DNA from: a virus
Virus record (IMG/VR): IMGVR_UViG_3300027608_000013
Length of the DNA stretch: 64,000 nucleotides
Strand: one strand, 5' to 3'
The notes beneath the pieces were generated by a model. It ran no database searches, was not told the DNA's origin, and worked only from the letters and a program-made list of their open reading frames with translations. The position numbers and the translations under genes are program-made. Shown here piece after piece: positions 10,153 through 20,757 of the stretch (position 1 is its first letter; every line of letters starts with the position of its first letter).

Positions 10153-10443
10153 ATGCCAATTCAATCCACTAACCCAATTGTAGTAGACGGTGTTGAATAC
10201 CCATACTATACTGTAAACCTAGCAATTTCTCCTATAGTTCGAGAAACCGAAGTAGGAGCAAGTGTTGCAATGCGATTAACTCCGTACCGTGAAACACCGG
10301 AAGGTGTTACTGATGTATTGCAAGGACATGATCGTCCCGTAGTGTATTTGGATGTATTTGAATCTGAAGATATGCCGGCTGAAACGGCCGCATATAATAT
10401 ACTTGGAACCATACAACAATTCATCATAGAAAAAGGATTGTAA
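10153..10443 (+). CDS. Hypothetical protein (possible fibre chaperone)
   Basis: 96 aa ORF with AAGGA SD and ATATTTATA motif upstream. Confidence 0.55.
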   Translation: MPIQSTNPIVVDGVEYPYYTVNLAISPIVRETEVGASVAMRLTPYRETPEGVTDVLQGHDRPVVYLDVFESEDMPAETAAYNILGTIQQFIIEKGL

Positions 10444-11916
10444 ATGGCAAATCGTTGGCCTATAGCATCAGGTAATTGGAGTGATACTGCAATATGGTCG
10501 GGTTCAATAAAACCTACAGCCGCTGATGATGTGTACGCTAACAATCAAACTGTTTACGTTAATGAAAATATAACAGTATTAACATTACGTAATGCTTCAA
10601 TTTCCGGAGTAACATTGGGTGGTGCATTTTATATCAATAATGCAATTACAGCATCAACAACTGCAGCAAATGGTTTAATAAGCCAAATTGCAAGTACTCC
10701 TTTAGTTTACGTTACCGGTTCCGCTAATGCTAGAATCAATTCAACCATGAATAACACTACTGGTATAAAAATTAGAATGCAAGATTCTGCAACATTAACC
10801 GTAAGCGGAACATTATATGGAGGAGACACTACAAATGCATATAGTGTATTACATGTTTCAACGGGTAATTTATTTATCACAGGCAATTTAACTTGTGGAT
10901 CTAGCACCAACATGCCAGCTGTATATATGTCCGGGGCAGGGGGTACTTATATTTTAGGTAATGTTACTGGAAATGTAGGACATTGTTTTGAAAATATAGG
11001 TAGTGGTGAAATTGTTGTAAATGGGAATGTAACAGCTGGAGGGTTTAGTAATGGCACAGGTATAAGAAATTCAGGAACAGGAAATGTAAGTATATATGGT
11101 ATCCTTTTGGCATCTGCTACAAATTCACCCTTACAAAATTCAGGAACAGGTAACATATTTGTTTCTGGTACTATATTTGGGGGTGGTAATAACGGGCCCG
11201 GTATATCTAATACATCAACCGGTAATATTACTATAATAGGTATTGTTAGTGGTAGTACTACAGTTTCAAACCCAAATCCGGGAATTTCAAATGCAACAGG
11301 AACAATTCAAGTAACCGGCAGCATAGTTGGTGCAAGAGCTGCAGGTATATCAACTACAGGGGATTTATATGTAACTGGCTCGGTATATGGAGGCGTAGCT
11401 GCCGCAGGTATATCTACAACCTCTGCTAGAACTTACATAATTAAAGGTCCTATACATGCTGGATCTGGTTCAAACGGCGTATCATCAACATCAACAACAG
11501 CAACCAACTTCTTTACTGGACCATTCTACAATACCGGTTCATTTAACGCAGTATATGCATATCGTATGCAAATGTTAAGTACTTCATCACAATGGAGGTT
11601 CGATACAGAAACAGCAGGTGTATCAAAAACACTTTACACTTCAAATCAATTACCTGGAGTACCTCAACAAACTAATGTGCGACAAGGAACAACATATAAT
11701 TTTGGATTAACTGGCTCACTTGCAATGCCTGATCCAACCACAGTAAAACAAGGAGTTGCTGTCGACAATACAACAGGTTCTGCTATTTTAACCCCACAAG
11801 ATATGTTTAATGTAGCAACACAAACGTTAACTGCTTCGGGTAGTATAGGAACATTATTAACCGGGGCCTCCACTGTGCAAACAGTAGGAGCTACCATATC
11901 ATCATTTAAAGTATAA
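10444..11916 (+). CDS. Fibre/spike-like G/S/T-rich repeat protein, paralog 1
   Basis: N-term NRWPIASGNWS..IWSGS..PT..DDV; C-term NVR.G...TGS..P...V..GV.VDN.TGSA; central G-x-I/V repeats. Confidence 0.65.
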   Translation: MANRWPIASGNWSDTAIWSGSIKPTAADDVYANNQTVYVNENITVLTLRNASISGVTLGGAFYINNAITASTTAANGLISQIASTPLVYVTGSANARINSTMNNTTGIKIRMQDSATLTVSGTLYGGDTTNAYSVLHVSTGNLFITGNLTCGSSTNMPAVYMSGAGGTYILGNVTGNVGHCFENIGSGEIVVNGNVTAGGFSNGTGIRNSGTGNVSIYGILLASATNSPLQNSGTGNIFVSGTIFGGGNNGPGISNTSTGNITIIGIVSGSTTVSNPNPGISNATGTIQVTGSIVGARAAGISTTGDLYVTGSVYGGVAAAGISTTSARTYIIKGPIHAGSGSNGVSSTSTTATNFFTGPFYNTGSFNAVYAYRMQMLSTSSQWRFDTETAGVSKTLYTSNQLPGVPQQTNVRQGTTYNFGLTGSLAMPDPTTVKQGVAVDNTTGSAILTPQDMFNVATQTLTASGSIGTLLTGASTVQTVGATISSFKV

Positions 11917-11918
11917 TT

Positions 11919-13313
11919 ATGCCAAATAGATGGCCCATATCATCAGGAAATTGGAGTAATGCTGCCATATGGTCTGGGTCATTGATACCCACTGCTTCAG
12001 ATGATGTGTTTACAAACAACCAAATTGTGTTTGTTGATACAGACGTAACTATTAGAAGCGTACGAAACTCAGCAACAGGAAGTGCCATAGCAAGTGCAGC
12101 ACAAGCCAATTGTTTTTATTTAAACAACGGAATAACTTTAACAGCTAACGCTGGAGGTGTAATTGGTGCAGTTACTAATGCTTCATTCTTCCCAACAATT
12201 ATAGTTTCTGGATCCGCTTCTGCTACGATCATAGGGAACATAACATCGCAAAATGCTATATCAACCGCAAATGCAATATTGCTACTTAATGGGGCTTCAT
12301 TGACTATAACAGGAAGTGTTACGCCGGGAACAAATGATACGCAGCCTCAACAACGAACTATCAGATCAACATCCACGGGATCACTACGCATATCCGGATC
12401 GATTAATAACGGTGGCGGTACATATTTTGGATCTACCATATGGTTACAAGCTGCAACTCAGGTTAATATTGTTGGAACTGTATCTGGAAGCATTAATGCG
12501 TCTGGTTTTTATACAATTGAAAGTAGTGCGGCTGCTGTAGTTACAATAACTGGAAGTATTGTAGGATCGCCCGTACAGGCTGTTGCTGTCCTAGGAAATT
12601 TATCCACCGGTACATTCATCATATCAGGTAGTGTAACATCAGGAGCTGGGGGTCTAGGAATACTTAATAATTCTACTGGTACTATTATTGTTACAGGAAG
12701 CGTAACTGCAGTTAGTGGATATGCAATTAATAATGCCTCAACAGGAACAGTAAGTGTACTAGGTAACGTAAAAGCTGGAACTACTAATTCTGGAATCATA
12801 TCAACAACAGCTGGAAGAATAACAGTTATAGGCTCAATATCATCTAGCATAGCATTCCCAGGTGTACAATCAACATCAGCAACAGCAACAAACCTATTCA
12901 CAGGTCCATTCTATAACGTCAACAACCGAAACGCAGTATTTGCCCCAAACATACAACTTATATCAGGTTCAACTCCAACATGGACCTTTGACACAGAAAC
13001 ATATGGAGAACAAAGAACACTTTACACAGCAAATTATCCCGGGAATTTTCCTGCTACCTCAAACGTAAGACAAGGAACCACGTTTGGAGATACCAACCAA
13101 TATACGGGCGTTGTAGCTATTCCATCTACCGGTTCTGTGCTTCGAGGAGTACCCGTAGATAACGTAACCGGTTCTGCTTCATTTACAACACAAAATGTTT
13201 GGAGCACACCAACAAGCAGTTTAACTGATTCAAATAGTTTAGGATCACGTTTACGCAACACAGCAACAGTTGCAACAGACGGAATATTAATTGCATTAAC
13301 AGGAAGTTTATAA
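11919..13313 (+). CDS. Fibre/spike-like repeat protein, paralog 2
   Basis: Same conserved N- and C-terminal blocks as 10444. Confidence 0.65.
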   Translation: MPNRWPISSGNWSNAAIWSGSLIPTASDDVFTNNQIVFVDTDVTIRSVRNSATGSAIASAAQANCFYLNNGITLTANAGGVIGAVTNASFFPTIIVSGSASATIIGNITSQNAISTANAILLLNGASLTITGSVTPGTNDTQPQQRTIRSTSTGSLRISGSINNGGGTYFGSTIWLQAATQVNIVGTVSGSINASGFYTIESSAAAVVTITGSIVGSPVQAVAVLGNLSTGTFIISGSVTSGAGGLGILNNSTGTIIVTGSVTAVSGYAINNASTGTVSVLGNVKAGTTNSGIISTTAGRITVIGSISSSIAFPGVQSTSATATNLFTGPFYNVNNRNAVFAPNIQLISGSTPTWTFDTETYGEQRTLYTANYPGNFPATSNVRQGTTFGDTNQYTGVVAIPSTGSVLRGVPVDNVTGSASFTTQNVWSTPTSSLTDSNSLGSRLRNTATVATDGILIALTGSL

Positions 13314-13314
13314 T

Positions 13315-15141
13315 ATGTCAGTAAGATACGCGGTAGCAAGTAGTGTATGGAGTAGCGGATCTACTTGGGATAATGAGGCAGTACCAACTTCTGTAGATAA
13401 CGTATATGCAAATGGATTTAATATAACGTTAGACCAAAATATCAATGTATCGCAGCTTACTAATATACTAAGCCCAGCACGTGTTCCTGCATTAGCAACA
13501 CCAGCAATGACTTCAAATACTACTCCTTCTGGAGTTGCTTTTGCTAGTGCTGGGGCAAATGCAACCATTGCATTTCAATCTTTTGACCAAAATCAGGGTA
13601 CATTTTGGCAAAGCAATACTACAGTTACAGGAATAATAGGTTATCAATTTCCTACCGGTAAAATTATAAAACAATATGGATTTTTTACTTGGAGCTCAGC
13701 AGCATTTAATCCTACAGCATGGACATTTCAGGGAAGTAATGATGGAATATCTTATACTACAATAGAAACAGTAACAGGTTTTGTATCCACTATAAATACT
13801 TGGTACATTAGAAATGTAACAGCAAACACAACATCATATACTTATTATCGCATGAATATAACTGCCTGTGGATCAACACCAGTTATAGCAGAACTTCAAA
13901 TGACTGAAAGTACAGGAAGTGTGTATGGAACTATTGGTAGTGGTTCATTTATATCAACTGATGGTATTCAAGTAGCTGTCTCAACAGGTTCTACTGCAGC
14001 AACATATGGTATTTATGCTGGTACTGGAGGCGTTGCTGGAACACATACGGGATGTCTTGTTATAACAGGTTCACATTTTGTAGGTATAACCGGAAGTATA
14101 GTAGGTGGGAGTGGTACGGGTGTAGCAGGGCAAAATAAACATGGTCTTTTAATTACAAATGGTGGTACCGGGAGTATCATAGGAAAAAGTTACGGTGGTC
14201 AAGTACAAAACTTAGTTACATCCGCAAATAATTATGGTATTTTTGTAATATCCGGCAGTGTTACTGTAACAGGAAGTTTAATTGGTGGTACATCAAATGA
14301 ATGTGTTGCATTAAGTATATTAAATGGTACATCAAGTATTTCTGGAACTTTGCAACTTAATGGATTTGCTTCACCGTTGATTGTTGGAGCAGGAAATGCA
14401 CAAGTTAATTTTACCGGAATACCAGTACCAATTGCGGCCGGCGGAATTTATGCAAATGTAACAGCAATAAAAGTTTCTGGAAATAACACCGGTGTAATAA
14501 ATTACAATGGACCAGTAATAGCAGCACAAGTACCAGGAATTCGATTAACTGCAGGAACAATGACTGTAAATATTACTGGAAGTGTTTCATCTCAAGGTTT
14601 AGGTAATGCAGTTGATTCTGCAATTATATCATCAGTAGCTAGTACAATTAACATAAGTGGTTCAATAACAGCGGCGCCAAATGCACCAGCGATACAATCA
14701 ACTTCCACATCCGGCTTAGTTCGAGTAACAGGACCATTAATTAACCAAAATAATTACCCAGCAATTTTTTCACCTAAAATTCAACTTGTATCCACATCAA
14801 CTCCAACCTACACTTTACAAACAGATACACTTTTTAAAAATATAATACTTTACGATACATCATTCACCTCAAGTTTGCCCGCTCAAAACAATGTACGAAG
14901 TGGAAGTCTATATGGCGGATCAAATGAATTTTCTGGTTCAATGTCTGTACCATCCGCATCCAATGTACGATATGGAGTACCGATAGATAATGTAACGGGA
15001 TCAGCTACATTAACCCCACAAGATATTTTAACGTATGCAGTATCAAGTTTAACCGGATCAAATACAATTGGAGCTCGTTTACAAAATATAGCAACAGTAC
15101 AAACCACAGCAGCAACCATTGCTGCATTTAAAGGAAAATAA
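13315..15141 (+). CDS. Fibre/spike-like repeat protein, paralog 3, with inserted discoidin/F5-8-like domain
   Basis: Shared termini; insert PAMTSNTTPSG...FD....TFW...PTAWTFQGSNDG...YTYYRMNIT...IAELQM resembles an F5/8 type C domain. Confidence 0.6.
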   Translation: MSVRYAVASSVWSSGSTWDNEAVPTSVDNVYANGFNITLDQNINVSQLTNILSPARVPALATPAMTSNTTPSGVAFASAGANATIAFQSFDQNQGTFWQSNTTVTGIIGYQFPTGKIIKQYGFFTWSSAAFNPTAWTFQGSNDGISYTTIETVTGFVSTINTWYIRNVTANTTSYTYYRMNITACGSTPVIAELQMTESTGSVYGTIGSGSFISTDGIQVAVSTGSTAATYGIYAGTGGVAGTHTGCLVITGSHFVGITGSIVGGSGTGVAGQNKHGLLITNGGTGSIIGKSYGGQVQNLVTSANNYGIFVISGSVTVTGSLIGGTSNECVALSILNGTSSISGTLQLNGFASPLIVGAGNAQVNFTGIPVPIAAGGIYANVTAIKVSGNNTGVINYNGPVIAAQVPGIRLTAGTMTVNITGSVSSQGLGNAVDSAIISSVASTINISGSITAAPNAPAIQSTSTSGLVRVTGPLINQNNYPAIFSPKIQLVSTSTPTYTLQTDTLFKNIILYDTSFTSSLPAQNNVRSGSLYGGSNEFSGSMSVPSASNVRYGVPIDNVTGSATLTPQDILTYAVSSLTGSNTIGARLQNIATVQTTAATIAAFKGK

Positions 15142-15142
15142 T

Positions 15143-16387
15143 ATGCCAAATAGATGGCCCATAAATTCGGGAAGTTGGAGTGATGCTACAATTTGGAGTG
15201 GTAGTTTGATACCTACGGCTTCAGATGATGTATTCATGAACAACCAAATTGTTATATTGGATCAAAACGTAACAGTAACTAGTATTAGAAATATAGCAAC
15301 AGGTAGTGCCATAGCGGGTGGTAGAATTGAAATATATGGGAATTTTAACATATCCGCATCATTTATTCGTTCCGGAGCAAATACTTCTACTTCTCCAACT
15401 GGTACAGGTCCTGGTTTAATATCATTTTACGGAACCGGATCTTCTACAATTACATCACGATTAAATAGTGGGAGTGGTGAGACTGGACCTACTATATTTA
15501 ACGGATCAACTGGTATACTTAACATAGTAGGCAACATTTTTAATCCATTAGGAGGTGGTCAATCAACAGCTGTACTAAATGATACGACCGGAATAATTAA
15601 CATAATTGGAAACATAACAGGTTTAAGCAACTTTGCATCTGTCGCAGTAGTTAACAATTATGGTACTATTAATGTAACAGGAAATATTACTGCAGGTAGT
15701 AATAATATAGGTTACTCAGTAATCATGAATCAAAATACAGGAATTGTTAATGTAACAGGAAATTTATTTGGTACACCGGATGGGTTTGTAAATACCGCTT
15801 TTGCTGCCATCGCTCACAACAGTGTTAATACAGTCAATATTACCGGAAATGTTCAAGGAGTAACATCAGTAGGTATTCAATCAGGAAATGCCAACACCAT
15901 TTCCATTGTAGGCCAATGTCTTGCATCTTTAACCGCAAACGCAGTCCAATCAACTAACACAACATCAACCAACGTATTCTCCGGCCCATTCATTAATTCC
16001 GGATCTAAAAACGCAATATATTGCTATAACGTACGAATGTATGATGATGTAACAACACGTTACACAATTGGCGTATCTGGTTCAACCAATACAATTTCAC
16101 TTTTATCACCAGATCAAGTTACGGGAGTACCTTCGGGTTCCGATGTTAGAGTAGGCGTAATTTATGGACCTGGAAACGAATTAACCGGTTCAATGGCAGT
16201 ACCAAACCAAAATTCGGTAGCATATGGCGTACCTGTAGATAATACCGTTGGTTCTGCTCTAGTTAATCCGGAAGATTTATGGAATTTTGCTTTAACTTCC
16301 CTAACAGCATCCAATTCAATAGGACAACGTTTAGCAAACACTGCAACATCTGCTTCTAATGCTGCTATTGTAACGGCATTTACATGA
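15143..16387 (+). CDS. Fibre/spike-like repeat protein, paralog 4
   Basis: Start set at MPNRWP (15143) by homology to paralogs 1 and 2; shared C-terminal block. Confidence 0.65.
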   Translation: MPNRWPINSGSWSDATIWSGSLIPTASDDVFMNNQIVILDQNVTVTSIRNIATGSAIAGGRIEIYGNFNISASFIRSGANTSTSPTGTGPGLISFYGTGSSTITSRLNSGSGETGPTIFNGSTGILNIVGNIFNPLGGGQSTAVLNDTTGIINIIGNITGLSNFASVAVVNNYGTINVTGNITAGSNNIGYSVIMNQNTGIVNVTGNLFGTPDGFVNTAFAAIAHNSVNTVNITGNVQGVTSVGIQSGNANTISIVGQCLASLTANAVQSTNTTSTNVFSGPFINSGSKNAIYCYNVRMYDDVTTRYTIGVSGSTNTISLLSPDQVTGVPSGSDVRVGVIYGPGNELTGSMAVPNQNSVAYGVPVDNTVGSALVNPEDLWNFALTSLTASNSIGQRLANTATSASNAAIVTAFT

Positions 16388-16388
16388 T

Positions 16389-16417
16389 TTGGATAATTGA
16401 AATAATTTTCTTATAAT
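16389..16417 (+). promoter_or_regulatory. Sigma70-like promoter TTGGAT-N17-TATAAT
   Basis: TTGGAT 16389-16394, TATAAT 16412-16417. Confidence 0.6.
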
Positions 16418-16437
16418 AAATAAAAAAGGAACAAGTT

Positions 16438-16719
16438 ATGACCAGAAAACTGGATAAAGAACATTTAGAAGAAATACAAGCGCTTCGAGAACAATTTGCT
16501 AGAAATGCAAACATACTTGGAAACATTGCAATCGAAATGTATGCAACTCGCAAACAATTAGAACAACTAGAAACCGAACAAGAAACATATTTGCAAGAAT
16601 TTGAACGACTTCAACAAGAAGAAACTGCATTAATTCAAACAATGCGAGACCGTTACGGCGAAGGCCAAATCAACGTTGCAGATGGTACATTCACACCTGA
16701 TACAGGTTTGCCCCAATAA
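16438..16719 (+). CDS. Hypothetical coiled-coil protein
   Basis: 93 aa, heptad-rich, ends RYGEGQINVADGTF. Confidence 0.6.
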   Translation: MTRKLDKEHLEEIQALREQFARNANILGNIAIEMYATRKQLEQLETEQETYLQEFERLQQEETALIQTMRDRYGEGQINVADGTFTPDTGLPQ

Positions 16720-16755
16720 CGGCATATTTATTAAAAAAAATCATAGGAGTTTAAA

Positions 16756-19212
16756 ATGGCAGAAAGAATAGTTTCTCCCGGTGTATATACGAATGAAATA
16801 GATCAATCGTTTTTACCAGGAGCAATTGCACAAATCGGCGCAGCAATAGTAGGACCAACAGTTAAAGGACCTGCATATACGCCAATTCAAATTACAAGCA
16901 TCGGAGATTATCAAAGTGTATTTGGTGGATTTACTGATGATTCATATGTACCTGTAGCAGTAAATGAGTATTTACAAGCAGGCAACGTAATTACCGTAAC
17001 ACGATTAATGTATGAAGATGGTTATTCATTAACCAACGGTGCATTAGCAATCGTTGCACAATCTGGATCACAAAAATTTGTAACACACGTATTACATCCA
17101 ACAGTCCCAGTAAGTGCAACTACATACGGATTAGCAGATTCAGTATTGAATACAGATGTAAATGGTAAATTTGAATTGAAATTATCTGGATCGTACACAC
17201 CACAAACAATTCCAGGATTTACGGCATTTTCATACACGAAAGGTGCATCTATTTCCGGATCAATTGTTTTGTCTGATTCAAATTACATTACCACGATATT
17301 TGGTAAATCACCGAAAGGACAACAATATCCAGTATATGTTCAATATGAAAATCCATATACCACAACATTGTTTCCGAACTTGGCAAATGTATCAATGTCT
17401 TTAGAACAGATATCAACATATGCATTCGTACAAGATTACCAAGCATCATCAACACCATTTATAACATCACAAAAAATTGGTTCTGTTGCAACCAATTTAT
17501 TTAAACTTTATTCATTATCTCACGGTAATGCAACAAATTATGAATTAAAAGTTGGTATTGCGAATATTAAAACATCAACGGAAGTATCCGATCCGGATGG
17601 TTATGCTCGTTTTGATGTTGTAGTTCGTAGAGTTGATACAACTAATATTACAAATCCAGTAACCGGACAAGTAACTGATTCAGATGTTAATACAACTAAT
17701 TCACAGGTAATTACATTTACCAATTGTTGTTTGAATCCAGATTCTGCAGATTACATTGTTCAAAAAATTGGCGATAGATATCAAACAATAGATGACAACA
17801 ACGTAATTACAATTTATGGTGATTATGCAAATACACAACCATATGTTCGAATAGAAGTAGATCCATCAGTAACAAGCAAATCAATTGATAAAACATTGTT
17901 TCCATTTGGATTCCGTGCATTGAATTCACCAATACCAATGGTTTCTAGTAGTGTTAATATACCTGCAGCAACATACAAAACTAATCAAACCGACGGCGGA
18001 TCATTTAGTCCATTGGTTTTTCATGGATTTGATTTTACTACTGCACCAAATATGAATTATTTGGCACCATTACCAACCACAGGCGTTACTACTGCTAGCA
18101 ATACAGATTTTTATTTAGGAGATGTATTACAATCTGCTAATTACAATTATCCAACAGCAGCAACAGCATATTCAGGTTCATTGACAGCAGCAATTACATC
18201 GGGTTCATTTGCAACTAACATATCACTTAACACAAGAAAGTTCATAGTTCCGATGCAAGGTGGATTTGATGGGGCTCGTCCTAACTTACCTAAGTTTTCC
18301 GGAGCAAATATTACGGCAGCAAATACATTTGGATTTGATTGTAGCGGAAACAGTCAAACTGGTACTAAAGCATATACTAAAGCATTTACATTGTTAAGCA
18401 ATACAGATTATTATGATATGAATGTATTATTAACTCCGGGCGTAATTGATAGTATACATAGTTCAGTAACATCTCAAGCAAGAAATTTATGTAGATCGCG
18501 TCAGGATGTATTTTATGTAATGGATTCAAATGCTAAACTAGATTCATTGCAAGATGTAGTATCACAAGTAAGAACCATTGATAATAATTATACAGCAGCA
18601 TATTGGCCATGGGTATCAATTCAAAATCCAATTGGCAATGGCGGATTGCTTTTTGTACCACCGTCAGTAGTTGTAGGCGGTGCACTTGCAAATAATGATA
18701 GACTTGCAGCACAATGGTATGCACCAGCTGGATTAAATCGAGGTGGAATTAGAGCAGTAGGAACGGCAGTTAATTTGTCACAGACACAACGAGATACATT
18801 GTATGAAGCGCGCGTTAATCCTATCGCATCTTTCCCTAACAACACAATTGTTATTTGGGGGCAAAAGACACTACAAGCTCGTCCAAGTGCATTAGACCGA
18901 GTAAATGTTCGTCGTATGCTTATTGAAGTTAAGAAGTTTATTGCATCAGCAACACGTTTTTTAGTATTCGATCAAAATACAGAAATAACACGCCAGAAAT
19001 TTCTTAATATTGTTAATCCTTATTTGGCAGGCGTAAAACAAAATCAAGGTTTATCAGCATTTAAAGTTGTAATGGATTCTACAAATAACACACCGGATAT
19101 GATTGATAGAAATATATTGTACGGACAATTATTTTTACAACCAACCCGTACGGCTGAATTTATTATTTTAGATTTCAATATTCAAGCAACAGGTGCAGCT
19201 TTCCCTGAATAG
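16756..19212 (+). CDS. Contractile tail sheath protein (gp18)
   Basis: SPGVYTNEID N-terminus; WYAPAGLNRG, WGQKTL, LDRVNVRR, PTRTAEFI. Confidence 0.95.
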   Translation: MAERIVSPGVYTNEIDQSFLPGAIAQIGAAIVGPTVKGPAYTPIQITSIGDYQSVFGGFTDDSYVPVAVNEYLQAGNVITVTRLMYEDGYSLTNGALAIVAQSGSQKFVTHVLHPTVPVSATTYGLADSVLNTDVNGKFELKLSGSYTPQTIPGFTAFSYTKGASISGSIVLSDSNYITTIFGKSPKGQQYPVYVQYENPYTTTLFPNLANVSMSLEQISTYAFVQDYQASSTPFITSQKIGSVATNLFKLYSLSHGNATNYELKVGIANIKTSTEVSDPDGYARFDVVVRRVDTTNITNPVTGQVTDSDVNTTNSQVITFTNCCLNPDSADYIVQKIGDRYQTIDDNNVITIYGDYANTQPYVRIEVDPSVTSKSIDKTLFPFGFRALNSPIPMVSSSVNIPAATYKTNQTDGGSFSPLVFHGFDFTTAPNMNYLAPLPTTGVTTASNTDFYLGDVLQSANYNYPTAATAYSGSLTAAITSGSFATNISLNTRKFIVPMQGGFDGARPNLPKFSGANITAANTFGFDCSGNSQTGTKAYTKAFTLLSNTDYYDMNVLLTPGVIDSIHSSVTSQARNLCRSRQDVFYVMDSNAKLDSLQDVVSQVRTIDNNYTAAYWPWVSIQNPIGNGGLLFVPPSVVVGGALANNDRLAAQWYAPAGLNRGGIRAVGTAVNLSQTQRDTLYEARVNPIASFPNNTIVIWGQKTLQARPSALDRVNVRRMLIEVKKFIASATRFLVFDQNTEITRQKFLNIVNPYLAGVKQNQGLSAFKVVMDSTNNTPDMIDRNILYGQLFLQPTRTAEFIILDFNIQATGAAFPE

Positions 19213-19226
19213 TTAAAAGTTTAATT

Positions 19227-19254
19227 AAGGCAGTACTTAGGTGCTGCCTTTTTT
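19227..19254 (+). terminator. Rho-independent terminator
   Basis: aaggcagtac-ttag-gtgctgcctt plus T run. Confidence 0.85.
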
Positions 19255-19295
19255 ACTGTACATATATTTATAATAAAAATATTGAGGATAAAAAT

Positions 19296-19904
19296 ATGCC
19301 GTACGATGGAACACAATCAAATTTAGAAAGTTTTATAAACAGTGCACCGACCAATGGAAACGGCGCGGGATCGCCAGATGGTACTGGTGATTATCCAAGT
19401 ACATTAACTGACTTTGGAGCTGATGCATCTGGAAATTTTTATGATAAAGCATTTTCATGGGAACCAAAATATCAACACAAGTTTATTTTATCAATAGATG
19501 ATATCCCAGGATTTTTAATTAAAACAGCTGCTAAACCTAGTTTAACAAATGGTGAGGTTGTTTTGGATCATATCAATGTAAAAAGAAAACTTAAGGGTAA
19601 AAGTTCATGGAATAGTATTGCAATTACAATGTATGATGCAATTATGCCATCAGGAGCACAAGCAGTAATGCAATGGGTTCGTTTACATCACGAATCTGCA
19701 ACGGGTAGAGATGGTTATGCATCAATGTATAAAAAAGATATCAAATTACTTTCACTATCTCCATTGGGAGAAATTATTGAAGAATGGCAAATTAAAGGTG
19801 CTTATTTATCAGAAGTAAATTTCGGTAGTTTAGATTGGTCAGCAGAAGATGTAGTAATGATTGATGCAACATTGAATTATGATTGGGCATTGTTAAGCTT
19901 TTAA
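19296..19904 (+). CDS. Tail tube protein (gp19)
   Basis: WEPK...KF, W..I.ITMYD, YKKDI.L..L.P.G.IIEEW.IKGA, F.SLDW; follows sheath. Confidence 0.88.
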   Translation: MPYDGTQSNLESFINSAPTNGNGAGSPDGTGDYPSTLTDFGADASGNFYDKAFSWEPKYQHKFILSIDDIPGFLIKTAAKPSLTNGEVVLDHINVKRKLKGKSSWNSIAITMYDAIMPSGAQAVMQWVRLHHESATGRDGYASMYKKDIKLLSLSPLGEIIEEWQIKGAYLSEVNFGSLDWSAEDVVMIDATLNYDWALLSF

Positions 19905-19915
19905 GATTTTATACG

Positions 19916-19942
19916 TGGGTGGAAGAAATTTCACCCATTTTT
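19916..19942 (+). terminator. Rho-independent terminator
   Basis: tgggtggaa-gaaa-tttcaccca plus T run. Confidence 0.8.
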
Positions 19943-19989
19943 CTTGTTCTTACATATTTATAATAAAGTTATAAAAAGGAAAAAAGTTT

Positions 19990-20757
19990 ATGCCAGTAAC
20001 AGATCGCGGATCCGATAAAAATTTAATTGAATTAGCAAAACAACAATATGAGAACAAACAAAAAAGTACGGTACCCTCTGTATTAGTTCCATTACCAAGT
20101 AAAGGACAAGTATATCCAGAATCAAGTCCATTACGTAAAGGTGTTGTAGAAATGCGGTATATGACTGCATATGATGAAGATATTCTAACTAATTCCACAT
20201 ATATTAAACAAGGCATAGTTCTAGATAAACTAGTATCTGCATTAATATTAGATGCCGTTAATATTGATGATTTAATTGTTGCAGATAAAGAAGCAATGAT
20301 TATTTCAGCTCGTGTACATGGATATGGGGCTGAATATGGAGTTACTGTCATGGATCCTAACACAGGAAAAGCATTGCAGCGCCAAATGGATTTGTCTAAA
20401 TTAGAAGTCAATCCAATTCAATTACAATCAAATAGCAATGGCGAGTTTGATTATACAGACATCGGAATTGCAATTAAATTCAAATACATATCCAGAAAAG
20501 AAATTGATTCAATATCAGATGACCATGCAGTTTCAGATTTTTTACAGGCATCTATTAAAGAAGTTAATGGTTCTAGAGCAGAACATGATATTAATAATTT
20601 TATACGTTATCAGATGACACCCATTGAATCTAAAACATTTAGAAAATTCATTGCAGATAATATGCCTAGTATAAAACTTGAATCGCAATTTATGGGTGAA
20701 GATGGAGGCACCTTTACTGCCGGGTTTCAAATTAAAGCCGACTTTTTTTGGGTTTGA
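19990..20757 (+). CDS. Tail assembly chaperone / baseplate hub assembly protein (gp26-like)
   Basis: VPLPSKG..YP, MTAYDEDILT, DK.A..I.AR..GYG; ends DFFWV; lies between tube and tape measure. Confidence 0.7.
   Translation: MPVTDRGSDKNLIELAKQQYENKQKSTVPSVLVPLPSKGQVYPESSPLRKGVVEMRYMTAYDEDILTNSTYIKQGIVLDKLVSALILDAVNIDDLIVADKEAMIISARVHGYGAEYGVTVMDPNTGKALQRQMDLSKLEVNPIQLQSNSNGEFDYTDIGIAIKFKYISRKEIDSISDDHAVSDFLQASIKEVNGSRAEHDINNFIRYQMTPIESKTFRKFIADNMPSIKLESQFMGEDGGTFTAGFQIKADFFWV

Noticed and set aside
10444-16387. Diversity-generating retroelement or invertible fibre cassette
   Set aside because: No reverse transcriptase or invertase in the window; no near-identical repeat pair differing only at adenines noticed; all paralogs are in the same orientation.
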